Part shown: positions 21,799 through 29,947 of the stretch, in pieces
How the letters are laid out: every line of letters begins with the position of its first letter
How positions within the stretch are numbered: the first letter of the stretch is position 1
Assembly (NCBI GenBank): GCA_963823665.1
Contig: CAWGMQ010000010.1
Span: 2,144,001-2,208,000, forward strand
From: an uncultured Planctomycetota bacterium
GTDB lineage: Bacteria > Planctomycetota > Planctomycetia > Isosphaerales > Isosphaeraceae
Length of the DNA stretch: 64,000 bases
Direction: 5' to 3'
Notes under the pieces: model-generated
What the model was told of the DNA's origin: nothing
The model's input: only the letters and a program-made list of their open reading frames with translations
Database searches by the model: none
Position numbers and translations under genes: made by a program

Positions 21799-23109
21799 TC
21801 AAGCCAGCAGGTCCTTGACCACTTTGCCGCCGTCGACGATCTCGATGGGCCGGTTGCCGGGCGCCATGAGCTCCTTGTCCGCGACGATCCCCATGAGGTG
21901 ATAAACAGTCGTGGCCAGGTCCTCCGGGCCGAGCGGGTCTCGCTCCGGCTCGCTGGCCGTCGCGTTCGACAACCCGTAAATCGCCCCGCGCTTGATGCCG
22001 CCGCCGGCCAGCACCACGCTGAAAACCTTGGGCCAGTGGTCGCGCCCTGCATCCTTGTTGATCTTCGGCGTCCGGCCAAACTCGCTCGAGACCATCACGA
22101 CCGTGCGGTTCAACAGCCCCGTGCGATCGAGATCGCGAATGAGCGCGGAAAATGCCTGGTCGAACGGCGGCATCTGGCCCTTCATGCCGGCGACGATCTG
22201 GGTGTGCATGTCCCACCCGCCGTAGTCCACCGTCACGAATCGCACCCCGGCCCCCACCAACCGCCGCGCCAGTAGCATTCTCTGGCCCGCGGCGTGACGC
22301 CCATACTCGTCGCGAATCTTGGCAGGCTCCGCGCCGATGTTGAACGCCTCCCGGGCCTTCTGCGAGCTGATCAGGCTGTAAGCCCGCTGATAGAACGTGT
22401 CCATCGCCGAAATGTTGTCACTCTTCTCACGTTCCGCAAAGTGAGCATTCACGGCATCCAGCACCGTTCGCCGGGTGGTGAATCGCGTTTCATTGATCCC
22501 ACCGGGCAAGTTCAAGTCCTGAACCTGAAACCCCGGATCGGCCGGATCACGCCCCAGAGAAAATGGAGAAAATGACGAGCTCAGGTAGCCAGTGCCGGCG
22601 TACGTGTTCGGCTGGTTCGGAATGCAAACGTAAGGCGGAAGGTTGTTTTTCGGGCCATATTCGTGGGAGACCACACTGCCCATGCTTGGGTACTGCAGCG
22701 CGGGGCTCGGCCGGTAGCCGGTGAACATGTTGTGCGTGCCGCGCTCGTGGGCGGCTTCGCCGTGCGTCATCGAGCGGATGACGGTGAGCTTGTCGGCGAT
22801 CTGGGCCGTCTGAGGCAGTGTCTCGCTGAACTTTTCGCCCTCGATCTTTGTAGCGATCGAGCCCATGTCACCCCGGTATTCGATCGGCGCGAACGGCTTG
22901 GGATCAAACGTCTCCTGGTGGGCGATGCCGCCGGGCAGGAAGATATGAATCACCGAGTCGGCCTTGGCCGTGATGGCCGCATAGGTTTTCTGGTCGGCAC
23001 GGGCCTCGAGCCGGAGCAAGTCGGCCAGTGTCAAGCCGCCAAGTCCGATCGTACCGACCGTCAGGAATCCGCGGCGGTTCAGCGTGTTGCGAGATTGGCC
23101 GATTGCCAT
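21799..23109 (-). CDS. DUF1501 domain protein with Tat-like signal
   Basis: LNRRGFL, IFLPGGIAHQETFDPKP, LLARRLV..GVRFV, GWDMH, EFGRTPKIN..GRDHW and AGGGIKRG. Confidence 0.93.
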   Translation of the reverse strand: MAIGQSRNTLNRRGFLTVGTIGLGGLTLADLLRLEARADQKTYAAITAKADSVIHIFLPGGIAHQETFDPKPFAPIEYRGDMGSIATKIEGEKFSETLPQTAQIADKLTVIRSMTHGEAAHERGTHNMFTGYRPSPALQYPSMGSVVSHEYGPKNNLPPYVCIPNQPNTYAGTGYLSSSFSPFSLGRDPADPGFQVQDLNLPGGINETRFTTRRTVLDAVNAHFAEREKSDNISAMDTFYQRAYSLISSQKAREAFNIGAEPAKIRDEYGRHAAGQRMLLARRLVGAGVRFVTVDYGGWDMHTQIVAGMKGQMPPFDQAFSALIRDLDRTGLLNRTVVMVSSEFGRTPKINKDAGRDHWPKVFSVVLAGGGIKRGAIYGLSNATASEPERDPLGPEDLATTVYHLMGIVADKELMAPGNRPIEIVDGGKVVKDLLA

Positions 23110-23754
23110 CGAGACTTCTCCTTTTGTTCCCAAGGTTCATGAGGCGAATCGAACATTGACGCTGCAACTTGAGCGCCAGTGACTGCAAAAGAATCGAGGT
23201 TTGAGCGAAAAACTCCAGAACGTCTTGGTGGTCCGGTCATTAGGGCGGAATGAGTCGGGCCGTTCAGGCGCGCCGTCACGGGAATCGCGAATTCATGATC
23301 ATCGCGGATAATCACCCGTGCAATCGGTCTGAAGTCGGGAAAGCTCAAGATGCATTGGCACCATAAATCTCGAAAGATACGAATGTTAGGCAGGATTCTC
23401 CAAGCATCGGGAGCGGTTTGCCACCCGAGTACCCAAAGAAGCGGAGAGCGGTTGTTGAGGTCGAAGCAACTCATGCCATGGAGTGCTGGTGCAACTCTCG
23501 CGTGCGTTCGGCCACGATCTACGGGGGCCCCGATTGGAAGTATCGATCCCAGATGTCACGCGGTCGAGCCATTGCGATGGTCCATACATCCATCGAGGTC
23601 ATAATATAACGCCCAGCTGTGAAAGTTGCACCCCTTCTTTTGAGATTCATCGGGATTTCATTTCCGAACGGAACTTCTTTGGAAATCGTGATCGGCACGT
23701 GTTAGCATCAGACTCCAACGACATTTGACCGTCATCCGAGAGGGGGCATGCGTG

Positions 23755-25678
23755 ATGAACACAGCCACCAACCTCGTCATGGGCCTTGTAAGCCTCCTCT
23801 TCTTGGCGGTTTCGGTCGTGCCGGCACACTCGGAAATGACGGAGTATGACGGGCCTGGGCCAGGCAATTCCGGCAAAGCGGATCCGCACTCCTACGGTAA
23901 CCCCGAACAAGTGCAGATTCAGCAGTTCGAGCTCGACCTCACCGTCGACTTCCAGAAGCGGCGGTTGAGCGGAATCGTCATTCTTGACATCCGGCGACGA
24001 GAAGGCGCGCCAGACGCCGTGACGCTGGACCTCGATACCCGCGGGCTCACGATCGAACAGGTCGACGCGCACCGGCTCGACCCGGTCCGCTTCGATCCAT
24101 TCAAGGTGGTACCCTTTCATCTCGGCCCGCTCGACCCGATCCTGGGGTCGAAGCTGTCGATCGAGCTCACGCCCGCCGCGATGCAAGTTCGCATCCGATA
24201 CCACACTTCGCCGGATGCGAATGCGCTCCAGTGGCTCGACCCCGCGCGCACCGCCGGGAAGAAACAGCCGTTCCTCTTCACCCAGTCGCAGGCGATCCAC
24301 GCTCGAAGCTGGATTCCGCTTCACGATTCGCCGGGCGCCCGCGTGAGCTACACCGCAACGATTCGTGTCCCGCCGGGAATGACGGCCGTGATGGCGGCCG
24401 AGCCGCGGCTCAATCCCAGGGAAACGGCCAGGGGCATCTTCCGCTATCGCTTGCCGCAGTCGATACCACCTTACCTTGTTGCGATGGCCGTCGGTGACCT
24501 GGCGTTCAAGTCGCTCGGCCACCGCACCGGCGTCTGGGCCGAGCCCGCCATTCTCGAGGCCGCAGCCAGCGAGTTCGCCGACGTCGAATCGATGCTCGCC
24601 GCCTGTGAAAAAGACTTCGGTTTCTATCGCTGGGGCCGCTTTGACATCCTGGTCCTCCCTCCCAGCTTTCCGTTTGGTGGCATGGAAAACCCTCGTCTCA
24701 CCTTCGTCACCCCCACCATCCTGGCCGGCGATCGTTCCCTCGTCTCGCTGATCGCGCATGAGCTCGCTCACTCGTGGTCCGGCAACCTCGTGACAAACGC
24801 CACCTGGCGCGACTTCTGGCTCAACGAGGGGTTCACAACCTACATAGAGCGCCGGATCATCGAATCCGTCTACGGCCGCGACCGCGCCGACATGGAAGCC
24901 TTGCTCGGCTTCTACGAGCTTCGCAGCGAGCTTCCCCGGCTCAAGAAGGCCGACCAGATCCTCCACATCGACCTGACCGGCCGCGACCCGGATGACGGTA
25001 TGACGAGCGTTCCCTACGAGAAGGGGGCCCTCCTGGTGCAAGCAATCGAACGGGCCTTCGGCCGCGACCGCTTCGACGCATTTCTCCACGATTATTTCAA
25101 CACATTCCGATTCCAGAGCATCACGACTGCCCAGTTCGAGGAGTTCCTGCGCCAGGCTGCTCGGTGATGACTCCGAATCCGCCCGCATCGTCGACTTGCG
25201 GCTCTGGCTCGACACGCCCGGCCTTCCCAAGATTGTTGTCGCGCCCCAATCCGCCCGTCTGGACGCGGTCGCTCGCCTGGCATCGAGCTGGACCGATCAG
25301 TCCACTCCGACCGAAGAACTCCGCGCGGTGGACTGGTCGACCCAGGAATGGGTCCGTTTCCTTCGCGTTCTCCCCGCCAACCTCCCGGTCGAGCGCCTCG
25401 CCGATCTCGATCGCCAGTTCGGCCTGACCCAGCGCGGCAATGCCGAGATCGCCCACGTCTGGCTCCTCCTGGCGATCAACCACGGCTATCACCCCGCCGA
25501 CGCGCGGCTCGAGGCGTTCCTGACCACGATCGGCAGGCGCAAGCTGGTGCTCCCGCTCTACCAGGCGTTGATTGCAACCCCCGACGGCCGTCGACGCGCC
25601 GAAGCAATCTACGCCAAGGCGCGGCCGTTCTATCATCCCATCACGATCGAGTCGATTGATCGGATCATGAAACAATAA
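23755..25678 (+). CDS. M1-family aminopeptidase / leukotriene A4 hydrolase-like; frameshift near 25160
   Basis: Signal peptide, GGMEN, HELAH followed by the NEGF zinc ligand, YEKG, and an LTA4H C-terminal domain (IGRRKLVLPLY) in ORF 25196..25678. Confidence 0.93.
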
Positions 25679-25680
25679 AA

Positions 25681-26163
25681 TCACTGCGCGTTATTCCCAG
25701 TGGGCGCGGCGGGCGGGAACTCCGGCAAAGCCTGGCCCTGATGTCCATGCTCGGCCGCCTGCGGGCTCGCCTCCGTTCCGCGCGTGTCCTGAGCGCGATG
25801 CCCAAGCCGCTTTTCAATCTCGCCCACGCGCTTTGCCATTCCTGTATATTTCGAGGGGGCGAGGTTGCCCCTGCGGATTGCCCGGTACGCGCTCAGCCGC
25901 ACCGAGTCGGATTTCGCATTCTTCGCGATCTCGATGATTCCTGCCGCAGCCCACTCAGCATGTTTGGACATCAGGCTGACCGCCTCTTCGAGTTTGCGGC
26001 GGCGATAAGCCGCGACCTCGCGCCGAACCGCAGGCTCATCCGCCCATCTGTAGGCCGTCGCCCGGGCCACTCCGTTCGCCTCGGCCCATTTGATAATGCA
26101 TTCGCCCTGCGCAAGCGCTAGGGCGAGTTGCGTTTTCGCGCTCTTGCAATGTTCTTCACTCAT
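25681..26163 (-). CDS. Hypothetical protein with N-terminal HTH (phage small-terminase-like HTH type)
   Basis: LALAQGECIIKWAEANGVARATAYRWADEP forms the HTH, followed by SDSVRLSA. Confidence 0.65.
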   Translation of the reverse strand: MSEEHCKSAKTQLALALAQGECIIKWAEANGVARATAYRWADEPAVRREVAAYRRRKLEEAVSLMSKHAEWAAAGIIEIAKNAKSDSVRLSAYRAIRRGNLAPSKYTGMAKRVGEIEKRLGHRAQDTRGTEASPQAAEHGHQGQALPEFPPAAPTGNNAQ

Positions 26164-26334
26164 GGTACGAAATGGTACTCCGTGGTACGAAATTCAAGAA
26201 ATTCCTCGTCGCCTACTCAAAATCGCGAGCCGGCGCCCCTGGCGACCTCCAGCACGAATTCGACGCTCAAACAAACGCCGTGATTGGTCACGACGCTGGC
26301 ACCAAGCTCCGGCGAAACCCCCGCACCTCCCTTT

Positions 26335-26365
26335 CCCCCCCCTTGCAAAGGGGGGCCAGGGGGGG
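26335..26365. repeat. C-rich/G-rich hairpin repeat (REP-like)
   Basis: CCCCCCCCTTGCAAAGGGGGGCCAGGGGGGG: a poly-C arm pairs with a poly-G arm between two co-directional genes. Confidence 0.6.
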
Positions 26366-26420
26366 TGAAGGGCGTCACCCGCCAGTGATCCGCTCGCCGC
26401 GCACCAGCCCCCACATTCGC

Positions 26421-28433
26421 TCACGGCCCACGCACGTCCTGCGGCGCCATCCCTTCCCCCGCCGCCCCACCCGCACCGGCCCCAGCGTTCATTCCCCCGG
26501 CATTCAACCTCGCCAATCGCTCCCGCGCCTCCTTCTCCGCACGTTGACGAATCCACTCCCGCCGCCTGATTTCCTTCCACGCGTCCCGTCGCTCGTAGTC
26601 CGTCAAGGCACGTGCAACCGGCTGTGTTGTCGAACCTCCACTTCCACCCGCCTCCGCACCCCCCACCGGAATTGGCTTCGTTTGCAAAATTGGCTTCGTT
26701 TGACAATCGTCAAGTCCCGAAACACCGCCGGAATTCGTCGGAACTTCAATAATATCTTCATGTTGTGCTATGCACGCGTCATCACAAAAATTGGCTTCGT
26801 TCGGCGCTTTTTCACCGATTTGACTCTCGTCGCCGCCGGCGGCAACCTCTTCTTCCCGCCCTCGATCAGCAGCTTCCGCCAGTTGCTCTTGAGTGACTTC
26901 GCTCGCACCTCCCGCATTCAGTTCGATGTCGCACCGCTCGGCTTCCTCCGATTCTGCACCCACCGTTTTCGAGTTCGGTACTTCATCTTCCAGGGCAGCC
27001 CCAGGCGCCGACTCGCCGTCGCCGTCGCCCGCAGCGCCAACGTACTTCTCAGGAAGATACCCACCACACGCCAGAACGTCCGATTCCTCGACCACAACCG
27101 ACTCCCACCCCCGCCCCTTCTCATTCGAAGTAGCAGGCACACTCCGTGTGCCGTCTGCCTGAGGCTCACGGCCAATCTCAACCGCCGCGCCCGAACCACT
27201 ACCCGCGAGTGGCCCGCCGCTCCCACAGTCACCCGAATCCGCCTCCCCATCCGCGTGTTGGGCGCGAGTCTCCTGACCCCGCCCTCCCCGCGACCGCAGG
27301 TCTCCCTTCTTCCCACCCCCCACATTCTCCGCCCACCAGGCCGCCGGCCGCCCATCATATGGGCTGATAACATCTTTCCCAGGCACCGGCGGCAATCCCT
27401 GCGCATCGCTATCCGCCTTCCGCGCCCGTACCTCCTGCCGAATGACCTTGCCCCCCCGCTCCACCGACCCCTTGGCTCTCAAGAAGTATCGCCGCATCGC
27501 CTCAGCTTCCTTGGTATAAACAAATCCCTTGCGTCGCCTCGTCCGCGCAGGTTCATCCTTGATATGGGTGTCATGTTCCGCCGCAATGTCCCACACCCGC
27601 TCGATCTCGCCCTCCACCAGCTCGATCAGGCTCTGCCTGGCCTTCTCCTTTTCACCGCGCTGCGATAGGTCAGGCCACAACGCCACGACCGCCTTCACGT
27701 GGGCCTCGAGCATCAGCTCGTTCATATCGCTGAGCAGATCGTCAAACGGTTTGCCCATCGGCCGAAGCGCGTGGCTCGCCGCGAAAACCTCAGCGACCCG
27801 CCGGTCTGCGGGGCCGTCCACAGGATTCCGCCCCAGCAACCGTAGCATCATCAGCCGATCGCCGGAGGACCAAAAACGTTTGCGAGCCCGTTCCAGCAGT
27901 TCCTCAAGAACCTCAAGGATCCAGTAGCACCCCATCGCGCTCGATTCCAGTTTGCGCATGAGTTCGTCGGGCTTGATTGCCGGCGCAGTTTCGCTACCCC
28001 ATGACGGCCCCCCTGGTTTCTTGTTGTTAAACCGACGGGTGCCGAACAGCGCAACCGGCACGCCTCGCGAATCGGTGAACAGCAGGTCGCCCGTTTCGCG
28101 CACCTCTTTGATCTCGTCGTCCTCGGCGTTGTCGATCTGGCTTTGAGTGAGTTCCAGATAAGCGCCCCTCACCCGATCCATGTCCGACGCCAGGAACAGG
28201 TTGGCATTCAATAGAAACTCCTCGGGGTCACTCTCCACCCCATAATGCGCGGACCAGCGAAAGTATCGCGCTTCATACGCAATGCTTTCCTCCCGCGCGA
28301 GCTTCTCCCGCTCCGCCCGAAGACCGTGCTTCCGACTATTTCGAGCGCTTTTTGCCCGGGTTTCTGGAGTTTTCGGCCCGGTGGAGCGCAACGCATTGCG
28401 CCGATTCGCATTGATTTGTGCGTCAGAGGCCAT
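26421..28433 (-). CDS. Hypothetical protein of the 'ANRRNAxxSTGPxT...KHG' family with a low-complexity C-terminus
   Basis: Begins MASDAQINANRRNALRSTGPKT...RNSRKHGLR. The 670-aa frame is open and ends in NEANF and QTKPI repeats. Confidence 0.75.
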   Translation of the reverse strand: MASDAQINANRRNALRSTGPKTPETRAKSARNSRKHGLRAEREKLAREESIAYEARYFRWSAHYGVESDPEEFLLNANLFLASDMDRVRGAYLELTQSQIDNAEDDEIKEVRETGDLLFTDSRGVPVALFGTRRFNNKKPGGPSWGSETAPAIKPDELMRKLESSAMGCYWILEVLEELLERARKRFWSSGDRLMMLRLLGRNPVDGPADRRVAEVFAASHALRPMGKPFDDLLSDMNELMLEAHVKAVVALWPDLSQRGEKEKARQSLIELVEGEIERVWDIAAEHDTHIKDEPARTRRRKGFVYTKEAEAMRRYFLRAKGSVERGGKVIRQEVRARKADSDAQGLPPVPGKDVISPYDGRPAAWWAENVGGGKKGDLRSRGGRGQETRAQHADGEADSGDCGSGGPLAGSGSGAAVEIGREPQADGTRSVPATSNEKGRGWESVVVEESDVLACGGYLPEKYVGAAGDGDGESAPGAALEDEVPNSKTVGAESEEAERCDIELNAGGASEVTQEQLAEAADRGREEEVAAGGDESQIGEKAPNEANFCDDACIAQHEDIIEVPTNSGGVSGLDDCQTKPILQTKPIPVGGAEAGGSGGSTTQPVARALTDYERRDAWKEIRRREWIRQRAEKEARERLARLNAGGMNAGAGAGGAAGEGMAPQDVRGP
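26670..26802. repeat. Three copies of AATTGGCTTCGTT inside the orphan gene
   Basis: Copies at 26670-26684, 26688-26702 and 26789-26802. Confidence 0.85.
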
Positions 28434-28807
28434 ATCAGTATAAATTCCTATTCAAATGAGCTTGGAAGCCCGGCCCGAAGTCCCGCGACCCCGAGAATTT
28501 CCCCAAACTTCCCAAAGCCCTCTACAGAGATGATCTACAAACCCGCTTCTTTTTTTGCCCAAAATGGGCCGATCCCAAGAAAAGTTTTTCCGCCCGCCCG
28601 CATAATCGGACCTGGCAATACGTTGCCAATCGGCTCGTCGACCGGACTTGCTCTTCGGCGGCGGGGACGATCGGCGGCAGAAGTTGAAGCCTCGTTCCGG
28701 TGGCATTAAGCTGTGTTGCAGCAAAACCAACCGGGATATCCGGCATTGATGGCCATGAGCGCAAGGCCCATGACGTGCGCCTGCAGATTCGCGACCGGAA
28801 GGCGACC

Positions 28808-29910
28808 ATGACGGCGACCAGGATCAACGGGCTCCATTGGAAGATGATCACCGACGCGATCCGCGCCGGAACCTGCGTCCCCTTTCTGGCGCCGCCGTCA
28901 ATGTCAAGAGCCGTACCAAGGGCTACGAATACAAAGGACTGCCCCTGGGGGCCGACGTCGCTCTCCGCCTGCTGAAGGAGCTGCTCGACGACGGTTTCGA
29001 AGGCGTCGCGGTCGAAGAGCTTCAACATTACGCTGGAGCTGCCCGGGCTGGCTGGCGATTGCTTGAAAAGATCCTGGGCGACGAGGTCCCCGGACTCGAT
29101 GGCCAAGCCATCAAGGCACGGCTTGCTGGACAGCCGGAATACGCCCAGCTATTGGCCTACGAGAAGGTCGAGCTGGCTGGGCTCGACGACGACCTCAAGC
29201 GCGTCGCGATCGTGAATCTGCCCCGCGTAGCCCTGCACTTTGGACTGAAAGCGAAGTGGGACTACACCTTCATCAAGCAACAGCTTGAGTCCATCCTGAT
29301 GGAAGAGGAGGCCGATCCTTCGAAGCTCCTCTCGACCCTCGCCGCTCTGCCGCTGCGAATGATCGTCACCACAAACTTCGACCGCCTGATGGAGAAAGCG
29401 CTCGACGCAGCGGGCATCACCTATCGGGTCGTCGTCCAGCCGATTGAGGGCTTCAACACCTCCAGCGGCCGCAAGCAGGTCACTGAGCTGGCAAAGTCGG
29501 ACGGCCTGATCCTCTACAAATTCCACGGCGAGTTCGGCGACAAGGCCACCGGATCGCCTACGGGCGGCGGACCCTCCTCGCCTCGGATCATCCTGACCGA
29601 GGAAGACTACATCGAATTCCTCAGTGTCCTGGGTAAAGATGGCGCCGTCCCCAACTTGATCACGGAGCGGCTGGCGGACAACACCCTGCTCTTCCTCGGC
29701 TACAGCCTCGAGGACTGGGATTTCCGCACGATGCACAAGATCCTGATCGACCGCCTGGTCAAACACAGCCAGCGCACCTCGTTCGCGATCCAGAAGGACC
29801 CGCCGGAGTTCTGGGTGCGCTACTGGGAGTCCAAGAAGGTCCTGATCTACAACGTCGACCTCTACGAGTTCGCGGACCAATTGAAGGAACGCCTGGCGCG
29901 GGTCCGTTGA
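28808..29910 (+). CDS. Stand-alone SIR2-like (SIR2_2) protein, putative NADase; frameshift near 28890
   Basis: AIRAGTCVPFL[G]AAVN, IVTTNFDRLME, LYKFHG, IILTEEDY and LLFLGYSLEDWDFR. Confidence 0.88.
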
Positions 29911-29947
29911 CCATGATCGCGGCCCGAGAACGGGTTGGGGAGCCAGT

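Noticed and set aside
23134..23724. Possible ncRNA or riboswitch in the long divergent intergenic region (also 43600-44000)
   Set aside because: No recognisable conserved RNA motif or convincing stems by eye. An Rfam/Infernal search would be needed.
26670..26802. Possible CRISPR array
   Set aside because: Only three 13-15 nt repeats with irregular spacing, inside a CDS, and no cas genes in the window.
25681..28433. Prophage call
   Set aside because: No integrase, capsid, portal, large terminase or tail genes in the window.
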